Positions 39,201 to 52,686 of a DNA stretch of 64,000 nucleotides are shown here, one piece after another. The notes under the pieces are model-generated. The model searched no databases, was not told the DNA's origin, and was given only the letters and a program-made list of their open reading frames with translations. The first letter of the stretch is position 1, and each line of letters starts with the position of its first letter. The stretch comes from Antedon mediterranea. Taxonomy: Eukaryota > Animalia > Echinodermata. The DNA lies in the NCBI RefSeq assembly GCF_964355755.1, contig NC_092674.1:25234001-25298000 (forward strand), in the 5' to 3' direction. The position numbers and the translations under genes were made by a program.

Positions 39201-39312
39201 TTTTGTGTGTGTTTTTGTAAATTGTATTTTATATTTTTGTATTTTGCCAGTTTTCAAATCACATTTCTGTTTTTTAAATGGACAATAAAGTATATATGAC
39301 TATGACTATGAC
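36270..39312 (+). mobile_element. Rex1/Babar-like LINE (APE plus RT), disrupted
   Basis: N-terminal RKRLRKRKSKPPLPSMILGNVRSL, FTETWL, GGGVCFYIN, GDFN, LDLCY, SDHN (APE). ORF 37517-38977 has GPDGI, NDYRPIA, QFAY, IDFSSAFNT, PQGSVISP, KYADD, YKYLG. Frameshifts near 36490, 36700 and 38915 and a stop at 37324. Ends in AATAAA plus a (TATGAC)n tail. 5' boundary approximate. Confidence 0.88.
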
Positions 39313-39526
39313 AGTAGCGTACTCTATTTAATTGATTAATTCTCCTTATTCACTAAAAAACATATTGATGTTCATTTTACATAGATGTGAAATCTTTCTG
39401 TTATAATATAATATTATTTAGAAGTTTCCATGTGATTGTATTACTTAATTATTGAAAGGTAAACTAACAACATAAGCTACAGTGTCAATAAATCCGATTA
39501 AGCGAAAACACTGTATGTTTTAATTA

Positions 39527-40290
39527 TCACTGATCATCATCATCCTCATATTCACTCTCACTGTCACCACTCCATGGTTGGCTATCATAGTCAATGTCGT
39601 CTATTTCACTATCTTTAGAAATATCTGTATCGGAATCATACAAGACTGCATCCTTTGCTTCATCACTCACAACGTTTCTTGATTCGCATTCTGCTTCTTT
39701 CAACTCTTCTGGCAGAGATGTTCCTTCAAACCAACGAGGTACATAATGACCATCTTCATCGTCAAGCCATCCAAAATTCAGCGGATGCAGATGTTTTGTT
39801 GGTTCTGGAGTGTTTGCTCGCCTCATACCATAGATATATAGTTTGCCCGTAAAATATGTTGATGAAGTGTTTTGCTGCATGGCGGTAACGATGAACAGTT
39901 TATTTTCTTCACCTGAACACCTTTCCTACCTTTTGTCATCTTAATGAATGACTGATACCTTGCCTCATTTATGTCATTTAACGACTTGAACCCGTAAATC
40001 TGGCATATGTATGTAGTGATCGCCGATTTATCAATACCTTCATCACTACCGAGTGATATTAACGCAGCAATATGTTTTGAATTTTTCTCCAAATGCGTAA
40101 ATGGCATTGACTTTCCCTTTCGGTAGAAAGCCGAGTTAAAATCACATCCGGTAAGGGCGTGGAAACCAACGAGTGCTTCGCTTAAACCACGTTGTTTCTT
40201 TTCAAGTTGTCGTGAAATACTTGTAACGTTGATTAGCCTTCTACTGTTAGCTGAACCGTAATCCATTACAATATTCGACGTTTCTGGCAT
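39527..40290 (-). pseudogene. C-terminal fragment of an XPG/FEN-like (H3TH) transposon protein, consistent with AcademX
   Basis: GFHALTGCDFNSAFYRKGK, INEARY and LPPCSKTLHQHILRANY, then a frameshift to PLNFGW..YVPRW and an acidic tail. Superfamily assignment is inferred from the known Academ XPG domain. Confidence 0.65.
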
Positions 40291-40304
40291 TCTAGGAGGA
40301 CGTT

Positions 40305-42377
40305 TTAAAATGTCGTAAAATGGCAGCTAGACGGTATGGACCGGGGCAAGTGGTCTTTTTCTAAAATGACTGGACCCTACTCGCCCCAACCCATGTATCG
40401 TCATCCCGGTCCATGCCGTTTATAACGTAACTAGCAATTATACCCGCCCCAGGGCGGGTTTCAAAATGAGTTTAAAGCCTTCTCAGTACATAACATCCGA
40501 CGTCAGTATCTCCGTATACGCACCAACCTCCACTCCTTAATAACACCCCACACTCTTTACAGTGAAGGACAAATTCAATTAAACTTTAGCTTCAAATTGA
40601 GTGGGCATACATAGCTATGATAGGCCTATGGCTTAAGTACGTTGTAAACTGTGTAAATGAGTAGGTGTCATATTGGCTGATAATTAAAATATATAATGTT
40701 GATACTGCGGTCCCCCGGCCTTCTTTCTCCTCTCACCAGTACAAATTATGTTAGCCATCACTTCCAACCCATAATCCCTCAGTGGCAGTTTTCAAATGTA
40801 GTTTTAAACATTCCCAGTTTCGGTCATGTATCTAATTTAGATACTGCGGGCCCCCAGCCTTCTTTCTCCTCTCACCACCAGCCACAATCAACAAACCTTA
40901 ACTCCTCTCCTAGACAGTTCAAATATAGTAACTTTTCCTAGTACAATTCCAAGCATATAGGCTACTTCATTACGCCAGTATTTTCGCTCTTCCTCCTCCC
41001 CCTACAAACACACCCCAGATACACTGGGTGATGTGTTGAAGACGGTTCCAGTACAAATTATGTTATTATCACTCCCAACCCATAATCCCTCAGTGGCAGT
41101 TTTCAAATGTAGTTTAAAACATTCCAAATACAGTTTCGGTCATGGTGATAGGCCAACATCCCCACCCCAAACTCCCATCTGCTTCCCAGGGATGATTAAA
41201 TACTTTAACATTTTCCAACCACAATTCTGGTGTAAGCAAAATCACCTGAACCCAAACCCTATCTACCAACCCCACTCTCCCACAATTGACGTTTTTTCTT
41301 GGAGGATTGGTGATGTAGTTGAACACAGTAACAGTAAACAACATGTGTATGTTCACACAGGTATGGATGTCTGTAATGAGACAATCCAAGAGACCGATAC
41401 ATAGCTGGATATGGTTAAAGTACTTAGCTAAATGTGTAATTGAATAGGTGTCATATTGGTTAATGAATGAAATATGTATATCTATATCTATATTTCCCCA
41501 AACGCCTTGCTGAGGATAATTCAAATACTTTGTAGTATATATTTTACAATTCGATAGCCTACAACCCCGAGCCCTAGCAAAAATGTGACATCACAAACCA
41601 CCGCACCACCCACCCACCCCTCCCACAAAACCCCAAGAGTCGGGGGAATTTTTTTTAATGTAGTTTAAAACCTTCCGGGTACAATTGCCATCATTTTGAT
41701 ACCCCATACGTATGGTTACGTGCAGAAACAGAAATTTGTATAACGAACAAACATCGAAAGTGGGGGTTTTGACCTCATTTTGGTCCCTAACATGGATCCT
41801 AGGTGGCGGATGATGTTGAAATATAGCTTCCGGTACAATTGCGGTCATTTTGATACCACATATATAAGATTACGTGCAGTAACAAAAATTTGTATAACGA
41901 ACAAACAAACAAACAAACAAACAGACAGACAGAAAAACTCTCTCACTTATATTAGAGATTATAGCCCTATATATCATCCGGTTATATTGCATTTTTGATA
42001 AAAACGTTAAATTGTAGTAAGGTTTTAAAATGGCGTGAAATGCCAGCTAGACGGCATGGACGGGTCAAGTGGTATTTTTCTGAAACTACTGGACCCTACT
42101 AGCCTCAACCCATGTATCGTCCTCCCGGTTTATGCCGTTTATAACGTAATTATAGCCCTATAAATCATTCGGTTATATTGCATTTTTTATTTTTTTAAAT
42201 TAAATTGTAGTAACGTTTTAAAATAGCGTAAAATGGCTGCTAGACGGTATGGACCGAGGCAAGTTCTATTTTTCTGAAATGACTGGACCCTACTCGCCCC
42301 AACCCATGTATCGTCATCCCGGTCCATGCCGTTTATAACGTAATTATAGCCCCATATATCATAATAACAACTCCCTG
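40305..42377. repeat. ~190-bp tandem (subterminal-type) repeat x3, first unit split by a Helitron
   Basis: GCTAGACGG.ATGGAC...ACTGGACCCTACT.GCC.CAACCCATGTATCGTC..CCCGGT..ATGCCGTTTATAACGTAA at about 40326, 42046 and 42239. Confidence 0.8.
40431..41958 (-). mobile_element. Non-autonomous Helitron
   Basis: On the minus strand it begins TC(TCTAATATAAG) and ends CTAG, with hairpin ACCCGCCC-TG-GGGCGGGT about 12 nt from the 3' end. It sits in an A|T site with no TSD; the empty site TAACGTAA|TTATAGCCC is visible in sister units at about 42143 and 42336. A (TTTG/TCTG)n tract lies near the 5' end. Confidence 0.85.
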
Positions 42378-44051
42378 GTATCTCCACATCTTTGATGACC
42401 GGAATATCCACACTTCACATTCATCAGCTTTGTATCTATTTATATGCAAATATCAAATCCACAACCACAACAGAGCACAGCTATACTATAAGATTCAATA
42501 ACAATCAGACAACTAAATAAAATGAATTTGTACATTTAATACCATGCCATTTATAAGGCGAAATTTCTCCTGTAAAACTTGTAAATAAACTAAACAGAAA
42601 CAGAGCGAAATAAAGACTAGATTTTAACAAGCTTATGAGATTTTACTAATAATATTGATTTTTCTGCATATCAATATCTATAGGTTAAAAAATGGACGAT
42701 ATCTTATTGCTGATGTTATCTTGAAAATAGTCATACATAACATCATGAATAATTGCATACAAAGCAAGTATTACGCGGTATATTACAAATATCGAACTTA
42801 CCGGTCGAACATAGAATAGAATAGAGCTCTTCTATGGAAAACATCCATTGATATAAAATATAACCAAACATGGTATATTACAATAAAACTAATGCATTTT
42901 TTTCACTTCATCAAAGTTAGATGTAATTAAATTCAATCGTATGCATTATCAATTAATGTTTTCAACTTAGTTATTAATTGTGTAAGTATTTTATCTGTTC
43001 ATTCATTCATTCATTCCTTTATTCGGTCAAGATCAACATACAATACATGTTTACATAACAATGTTACAATACAGAAAGGTAAAACATGAGACTCACAATT
43101 AAAATGAAAGAAAAAAGTACAATGTAAATTATAAATTAGTTTTTTAGATAATTAATTTTTTTTCTATCCAGTTGTTGGTCAAAGTGAATAACTAAGAAAA
43201 TAAAATTGGAATTAATAATAGGCAATATAATGAATTCAATGTGTGATTGTTTGCGGCGGAAACTAAAGCCTCAATCAAGACGAGTTACTTGTTTGGGGGG
43301 AAATTCCATCTATTGTTTAGAAGATCAATTTAACCTTAACAAACTGTCATCACAACATCTCACGAATAAACGAGTTGGGGTACATGCACCCATGTACACG
43401 TGTGTGGGGCGTGACCATGTCGCCGAACATAACAAAGCACATGCGCAACTTAAATTGTTACATTTCTCAAAATTCTGAAATGTGAGTATTAAAACAGTGT
43501 TCGAGTGAGTAGCAAGCGGATAATCGTATGCACCATAAATTATTGGTGTCAAACCACGTGACTTGTATATATTATATATATGTATATGCTTGGCCGTAAT
43601 TGGGTGAGGTAAAGTATAATACGTATAAAGAAGCGCCAAATGAGAGAACATATTTATCATTTTACTAATATTATCGGGGATATAATGTTGTTTTGTCAAC
43701 AGTGTTTTAATGTTAGACAAACTCAACATCTCTATCTCTTCGTAGTATTCCTCTGTCCATCTTCTCATCTCCAACATACTGTAACCCTCTGTCCTTCCTC
43801 ATTGAAACTCATTTTCTACTCTTTTAGTTTTTTTTTTGTTATGCTAAAGTATACGAAGTTTTATTACAGGTTTAGCGAGGAGGAAGTGAAAGGCACTGAA
43901 ATTGCAGTAGGTCTATTGTATATAGATAATGTATCTGTGTGGTTATATTTAACTAACAGTTATTAATGTCAATACCTCATTAACCCTTGGTTTTCTATCT
44001 CACACGGAACACGAGCATACTGTATTCTGGATATACACACGCTTAGTGAAG

Positions 44052-47000
44052 ATGTTGAATAAACCTTTTCCAAACTGTATTGGCCTAATAGTCCTAGCTG
44101 TCACTTATTTGACGTTTCAATCCGGATCAGCAGGTATATGTTATAGGCTAAGCTTAGATTTGCCTTTATCTCTTTGAAATGATTGCTATAGGGCCTACTG
44201 TAGGTTAGGCACCCGTATTAGTATAGTGTATTACTGTTGTGTTGGTGAGACCAGCCTACCTACATTAATCTTCATAGTTCACCTATTTTAATTATGAAAT
44301 CAACAAAAATATTACTATTTTTAAACAAAATTAATTCAATTGACCGACACTTTGGAAAAATACAGCATTTACAAAGATTACAATTTGTTTCTTCCTTATT
44401 TTATTACATTTAGGCCTACTTTATACTGTTATTTTGAAAACAAATGTTTAAATAATTTAAAAAAAAAGTAATCTAGAGTCTCTATCACACAAACCTCCTG
44501 GGTTTCCTGGGACTCCGTTTCATCACTTTCTTGAAACATTGCACATATTATTGTTTCTATTTGATGAATAAATGTATTTGTATTTTAGTTTTAGTCAATG
44601 CACTGAGTACAGACAATAAGCCTACTGTAGTCAGTCGGGAAAACCCCTAATCTCCATTGACATAATACATTAGTTGATTTATAGGTCCATGGTATCTATG
44701 TGAGCTGATTGTTTCCGTAATTCGGATTAGGTCTTAACTTCACCAATGCAAGTTAAATACGGTAGTAATATTTTCTAGATGGAAATTTACCCCATATTTA
44801 CCCGTTTACTTAATTGCAGTAAAATGATTTAATAGGTCTAAAGTTATCAAATAATATTTTATTGTTTAAAGATCCATTAGATATAGTCGTATTTTCTAGT
44901 ACACCACTGGCAACATCTAGTACTGATAGTTGGTTTCGAGGATACGTACTTGACGATGACAAAGACATTCGAGATTTTTCAGTGGGAATATTATACAAGA
45001 ATATTACTGGGAAAGATAATGTGACTTGGGATGACACTAGCTATGTAAGTGGTGATGACGCGCAAACGACAGATATGCCAGACGGTAAAATATTTCACAC
45101 AAGTAGCACTATTATATACCGGGCATTCAGAGACCATACGAATCTAGGTGTTGAAACATCACAACAGACTGATAGAGTTGGTGTATTTTCATTTGAAGCA
45201 AAGAAAGGCGAAGTAATAAGAACTTCAGCAATTGTATTGACATCTGCTTCTGGTGAGTAACGCCATGATATATCTTCTGTTTTATGGAAATTGACTAGAA
45301 CATATATAAATACATTATTACGTTACTATGTTATTATTAATAATACTTTTATAATTATTTTTATTAATACAGTTATTATTTTACAGCCAGTATTGTAATG
45401 GAGTATAAAACAATAACTGTCGGTATTGGAGAGTTGGTCACTATCAATCTTAGAAAAGGTGGTGACATAATTACGGTGATGAAATACAAAATCTGAGGGG
45501 TAGTACGTCTGCTGTGATCGATAACATACGAATGAAAGATGATGGCGTATATGAATGTTATACAGGAGATAGCCCGGATGGTAACCATGGTATTATGAGA
45601 ATTATTGTTAGAAGTAAGTCGAACAGGTTTTACAAAGTTATCACCATTTACCTTCTGCAATACAAAGAATTATAAATTAAAAAAACTTATAACACTTATA
45701 TATTGTTCTCCTAAAAAATATTTTGTTTTCAATTGCTTTTTTGACAAGGCCATTTTCATTTCACATAATAGTTATTCACTTTGACCAAAAACTGGATCGA
45801 AAACAAAATTATTTACCTGAAAAAAAAATAATTTAAAGCATCAAATACTTAAATTGTCTGTCATAGGCTACGATGTTTTTGGTTAACATTAAACGTTTCT
45901 TTTGTCTTTTTATAAATGAAATAGTATTTTTTCTTTGTTTTTTTTACGGAAATGAATAACTTTATTAAAACGGCAGAATGTTCTATTAAAGTCTGATTAA
46001 CTAATCTTCATTTTTCATTTTTTTTGGTGGACAATACATCTTTTAAAATAACTAATAATGATGAGATCAAGATTAAAGATTAGTTTTTTATTATTGAGGT
46101 GCATAAATCCACACCTACGTACACCCAAAGCGCAATCGTGATGTTGTTGTTAGTTGTGGCAGGGAAGAGTGAATTTAGGCCTACACTGTTCGTGGTGGTG
46201 GTGTGTAGTTGTAGCCGCTGCCGCCGATGGAAGCAATATCATTTGCATTAGTCTATAAAAAAAAGCCAGTAGGCCTATTTAGCTAGTTTGTATTATATTT
46301 TATAAATATTTTATTATAAAACAAATCCGGTCTTAGGCGTGGAATGTGTTTATTTTTTGTTTATTAGCTTGTTCCTCACCAAAATGGAATCCTCCAGATT
46401 GTGAAATGGACTGTCCCGTATGTTATAATGGAGGAAGGTGTGACGATAAGACGGGTGTCTGTATTTGCCCAGCAGGATTTAAAGGCGCTGATTGTCTAAC
46501 TGGTAATAGCAGAACTGTAAATATGTTTATGTTAATTTTTTTACAGATTTGATTGGATCGAATTTTGAACTAAAATTATTTATCAAACAGGTTGTGGAAA
46601 TAACAACTTCGGTCGTGACTGCGTCGTTCTGTGTTCTCGCCACGCCAACAGAGCCGGTTGCAATGGAGATCTAATATATCCAACCGATCCAATTGGATGT
46701 ACATGCATCAATGGTTTTGGAGGAAATGATTGCGAAGCAGGTTTGTTGTTGTCAGTAACTTCTTCTATTATAATAGAACTAACCTATGTACTCCTCTATA
46801 TCCTCCTAAACCACAAGTCCGATAGCGCCGGTTTCTAGCTGGGAAATCTTTTAATGCCACTTTATCTATTAAGCTATAAACGGACACTTTGTACGAAAAA
46901 AATGTGTTTTTAGACCAATTGCTTTGCAACTGCCGAAGTCTGAACAGGTACCAGCTAGTTTTAAGGTTAATTTACTTACTGGTCTTCGTCCGCCCATTCT

Positions 47001-50000
47001 AGTTTACTTTCGTTTTCAACTACGCTTTTCAACCATAAAAATACTATAGTTGTCATTTTGTAATTAATGTGTGTTTATAACCGTTAAAATAAATTTGGAA
47101 CAACAATTAATTTGTTATTTATTAGGCCTAGTTGAAATAAAATATTCGTATTTGTGTTTCTTATGAAATATTTGAAAAGCAAAGGAAAAAAGAATGACAG
47201 AGTGATGATGAAAGAATACAGAGTAAAAAGCCACAGAGAATTTACAGATATAGACCATACCATTTAATAGTGGGGTTCAAATGGCATAATTGGCATAATT
47301 GTCAAAAATGTAGAGCTGTTGATCCACACCCATACATATGTCTCAGTGATTCATAAGATACAAACGGTAATGTCTAAACTTGCCCCAAGTCTTGTAGTAT
47401 AGGCTACGTATGAAACGACATATGTGCAAAAATATTTAACTATAAACTAATTTCGTGAATTATTTTTTATTTTAGCGTGTGAAGTTTTATACCCAGACGA
47501 CACCAATGTCCCAGATGAGGATTTATACTATGGAGCGGGATGTCGGCAAAAATGTAACTGTGCCAATGACGATTGTAATCGAAGTCCAAGCCTATCAAAT
47601 CAGGACGTAGGATGTGCTTCCGGGTCAACATTTTTAGCTGGTTTTACTGGAAACAAATGCCTAGGTATTATTAATTAATACATTAAAATAATAATACATA
47701 AATAATAAAACATAAATATAAAGCTTCACTATTCGGTATTTTGCGTAAGATTATCTAATTCCATTCCATCTTTGCTTCCTAAATAAGATTTCATAACTCG
47801 TGGCACGCGTTTAATACAATATAGACTATATAAACATCGCATGCAGTGTAAACTTTCACATCATTTAAAACCTAATGTGATTGCTGTCTATAGAAACAAA
47901 TCTGTCCAAATAGACGATATTTACTGATATTTACTCACCTAAACAATGCTTGACATTAAGTCGATTTGGTCAATTTCCAACACGTTTTTTTATTTTACTT
48001 TAGAAAATCAATTAATTATTAAAGTATTAAATACGTTTTGTTTGTACAGAGCCTACGTCATGTCCTTCTGGGTTCTTTGGTGTATTGTGTAACTTTCCAT
48101 GTCACTGCAAAGAATCTGAAAATTGTAATCGGGATGGGAGTTGTGTCAATGGATGTCATGAGGATTGGGCTGGACCAGACTGCAGCATAGGTAATAAACA
48201 CACTCTTGGAATTCTCTTGGAGCTATTTCTATATTTAAAACATGTCTACAATTTCATACAATGTAATGTGTGATTGGAGTTCCAAATGAAATAAAGAAAT
48301 GAAGATATGCCATGAGACTCTATGCGATGTTGTCAGAATGAATATTAATAGAGAGAAAACAATCGCAGTTATAGTAGGTCTAATGGTGGCCTTTGATTGT
48401 ATGATTGGTTTATTATGTAGAAGTGAAAAGCACTGCAATCTCAAAGGTAACGGTATGAGCAATGTAAACATCTGTTTTTTTTGGTAAGTGTACCCTAAGT
48501 AGGCCTAATGATTTTGTTCCTTAATAATTAGCATTACCGTACCGCTCTGAACCGCCAACTGTTGTAAACCAGACAGCAACTACTCTAACGTTTGACGTCA
48601 CTTGGATTCTCGGTGAAGACTATGGAACAGGAAGAATTACAAAACGGAAGCTTTCATATAAATCATCGCAAGTAGATTTGTTTATATCAGTAACTGAACC
48701 AGATGATGATGTATTTCTTGTTATTGATTATCTCATCCCAAATACGCAATATCAATTCTACTCTCAACTCTCAAGGAAGATTGGTGGTATCGAGGTAGAT
48801 GGACCAAGAAGTACGATTGGAACAACCAACACCATATGTACAAGTAAGTAGAATGTCTTTGGACAAATGTAGAATGTCACATTGTAGCAATCTATCTAAT
48901 CTATGTTAGCTTGCTGTAATGTTTTATCACACGCTGACTTATAATGTATTAAATTACGTATTATATAGAACCTTTGGAAGTACCCGAGATAGAATTGAAA
49001 GCAGTTGAAGACAATCGGGCCATCTTGAGTTTAAAGGTATGATTAGTAAACAGAAAACCAATATCGTATATTTTTAATTGCACAAACACAACACAACATG
49101 TCTTGGATCAATTAAACTTAATGTCATTGAGGCACTATTATTTTGATTTCTAAATTATATTCAGTCAGTTTCTAGTGAGTATGATCGAATCCAATGTAAC
49201 TCTATTCTTCGGTATCAAGTGCAATATTCGGACATAGATGGAAATGTACAAGGTATAATCAACACAACAAGCAGTACTCAATTGGAAGTTGAACTATCAG
49301 AATTGTCAAGCTGCACTAATTATGTCGTCAACGCTCGAGTTGTTAATAATCTGGATATTGCTGGTGATTGGGGACAGGAAATAACAGTACAAACAGCACC
49401 GAGTGGTTGGTTACAGTTATAACGTATAACAAAGTATTTCTAAAAAGTCTAATGTAATATTCACTAAGCATATATGATTTCTAACACTGCTCTGAAATAC
49501 TACTACAGTCTTAGTAGAGTAATTGGTTATTCTGTTTCCAAAAATAGCGCCGACAATAGAAGATAATCCATTCACAAATGGAACACATTTGCTGATAAAG
49601 TGGAAAGCTTCTACGTGTGACATCCTAGATTATCAGGTGACCTACGATTATGAACTGTCAGGTGATGGAATATTTCAAGAAGGAAAAACAACAGAAACTG
49701 AAGTTGTAATTGGTAATGGAATAGAATCATACAACCAATATACATTCACAGTATTAGCGTCATATTCAAATATTAATGGGACGTTGGACAGCAAGAAAGT
49801 TGTGTTTGGAACAGATTGTGCCAGCCAAGAAGACAACTCAAACCAGACCCAATGTGTGTAAAATCTTTCCTTATTTAGCTTTCTGATTTCGTCAAAAGCT
49901 TACACGTCGTTGAGAAAACACATACAATTGTGTCATTATATTTTTTAGGTTATGTAATAGGTTTTGTTATTGGCTCAATAATTTCGGCATTAATCACTGT

Positions 50001-50504
50001 TGCCATCATCTTAATATTACAACGGTAAAGTATGTTTCTATTGTTTAAATAAATTTATTAAATAATGACACAATAATTCAATAGAATTTGCAAGTAAAAT
50101 TCGAAAATGTAAACAAAATGTGTTTGGTTAATCTTTTTACCTTACCGACACCGAATTATATTTTTATTTTTCCATAACAGACCATTATTTTGCACAAATT
50201 GCTCACAAATTCCAATAACATACTTGATTCTTCACTGACCGATGAAATATAACACTCACACTTGACAAATTTTAGATTTCGTCGTAAACATTCAGAAAAT
50301 TAAAAGGACGTTGGTAAATCCTCCACTGCTCAACCCAATGTATGCACAATAGATACTGATTACCAAACATTGTCGAAAAAATTTGAAGAAAGTGAATATG
50401 AAGGAATTAAGCCTACCGATACTACTTCTTCTGCTGAACACGTTTACGCAAACCCCGAGCCACCAGTATCGGAACATGTTTATGGTAACACGATTGATAA
50501 ATGA
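44052..50504 (+). pseudogene. Receptor paralog C: frameshifted Ig exon, lost cysteines, stop before an otherwise open ITAM-type tail
   Basis: Exons at about 44052-44133, 44872-45252, 45387-45613 (22-nt deletion versus B, giving an early TGA), 46368-46502, 46591-46740 (LIC to LIY), 47476-47664 (STC to STF), 48050-48190, 48532-48843, 48969-49036, 49165-49405, 49548-49853, 49949-50024 (TM) and 50276-50504 (RFRRKHSEN*KDVG...DTDYQTLSKKFEESEYEGI...HVYAN...HVYGN..*). Confidence 0.82.
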
Positions 50505-52686
50505 GGAATACAACCTGTACTACTATTATACTATACTGGAGTCCTAATCAAAAATATCGATCTTACAGGGCAAATGAGGCCATTTTCCCTAAAACCATAG
50601 ACACAACATTAAAACCATTAATATTCTATAAATGGATATGTATTTTTTCTACGTAGTTTACAACTTTGTTGACATTTCCTATTTACCTTTATTATCTTAA
50701 ATATATAATTTGATTTAAAAAATCTTAAAATAATCTTCTCGTCACTCTGATAACAATCCGGTAGAAACAGCTTTTTAAACATTTATCATTTTTAATAAAG
50801 ATTTTTTTTTGTATCCTTTAATAGTTTTTTCTTTACCAAGTAATTCAAAAGTCACAATTATTCTATATTCGAAAGAAATTAAAAAAATTATAGAAACAAT
50901 TGATTGAATATAAATGATTCCTTTAAAACAACTTCCTTTTATTGATTGATGGATCAATTTATTTAAGAATAACAAAATTCCATACAAACAAAAACAACAC
51001 AAAGAAAAGAAAAATCACACTAAACTAGGATTTTTTTTCCATTAGTTAAGAGTTCAAAACATACAGTTACATATAGTTCGTAGTAAACTTAACAAGATCA
51101 TTTTTACTATTCAAAAACATAGAAGCACTTGCTCGTTAAAAGATGGTATTCTCCTAGTGGTAAATATATGTTACAGTCAAAAAATCTTAAAAACAATATT
51201 ATCATTCAAATTATCATTTTAGTTATTAAGAAGCCTAGACAATAATTTTAAGATTGTTAATTGTTAATTTTAATTTTTATATTAAAGAGGTCTACCATTT
51301 AATATTGTATTTTGTTATTATTACTTAAGCATATATAGTTTTTGCCTAGTATTAATACATAATAATTATCACTTGGTTTTTTTAGAGTATTTTGGGTCCA
51401 TGGTGTCCTTAGTGAGACAAATTCTACTTCTAACTAGGGCCCATGATTATAATGTTAGTTTTTATTCATACAGTACTTAAATATACTTCGTACGCTTTGT
51501 TTTTCTTTATGTCAATATTATCAAAATAATAATAATAGGTAATGCAAAGCACTGTAAAAAGTAATTCGGATTTTGCACCATATTTTCGTGTAAATTTGTT
51601 TTCTCCTTTGGTATACTTTTCCTTAAATTTTAAAAGAATAGTAGCCCCTACTACTTACAATTTCTGGAATTTATCAATAAAACATTTACAATAATCAAGA
51701 GTATAGGCCTAATTGATGATGAAGTTATATTAAAAATTTAGTTCTTCATTTTTATAGTTTTGTGTATTATATTTACTACTTAAATGACGCGTTGAAGTGT
51801 GGTCTCCTTGCTAATCAATAGAACAAGTGTTTATCTAGAAATAAATTATTTGACCCATTTTAAGTATAGTGCTGTAAATGTCACAAAACGGATATCTTCT
51901 ATAAACACAATGGTACCACTCGGCACTTTGATACAAATAATAGAATAATCATAAACTTTGTATAAATAAGTTATTGTATAAACACGGATAAATAGGTTAT
52001 TGTATAAACATGGATAAATGGGTTATTTATCCATGGTCGATCGCTCTCACAAAGCAGCTGTAACCTAACTCCTTCCTCCTTATAATGATTAGTTGTTTCT
52101 TTATACGAAGTCTACGTAATTATGAGTATTGTTATTTCTAAAGAAACTCTAAAGGAATTTTTGCCATCAAAAAATATTTAAAAAATTGTTAAATATTGTA
52201 TAACACCTACTTGGAAGTAATAGTACTAATTTTGCTACAAACATAGGCCTAAACAATAACATAAAGATAATTTATATTACTAGACAAAAAGGTATAATAA
52301 TCATCCAACAATGCCTCTTTCTTTCCTTCTTTATTTACCTTCTGGTTTACATGCTACAACAAACAGTAGTTATTTGAATCATGGTGGCGGAATTGTTTGA
52401 ATTGTATTCACGTTTCAGTACCGGGTTTAGCGATGGGGAAATAAAAGAACTATTATTAGACATAAAGCATTCCATGGATAAAGCCTGTCACGAATGAACA
52501 ATGATACTCAAGAAGGAAGTACTTCACAATATTACTGGCTATGAGTTTGTGTAGTACAATCTCTTATTAACTCGTACTATTTTGTATTGCTTTACATTAA
52601 GACGTATAACCACGTGCGATAAATTTTAGTAAGCACCTACTGATTCTGGAGAATACAAAAGTGAACAAGTGTCAACTTTAGTGGAG

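Noticed and set aside
40696-43966. Short ORFs inside the Helitron and the spacer before paralog C
   Set aside because: No recognisable domains (no Rep/helicase motifs) and no supporting splice structure; likely chance ORFs.
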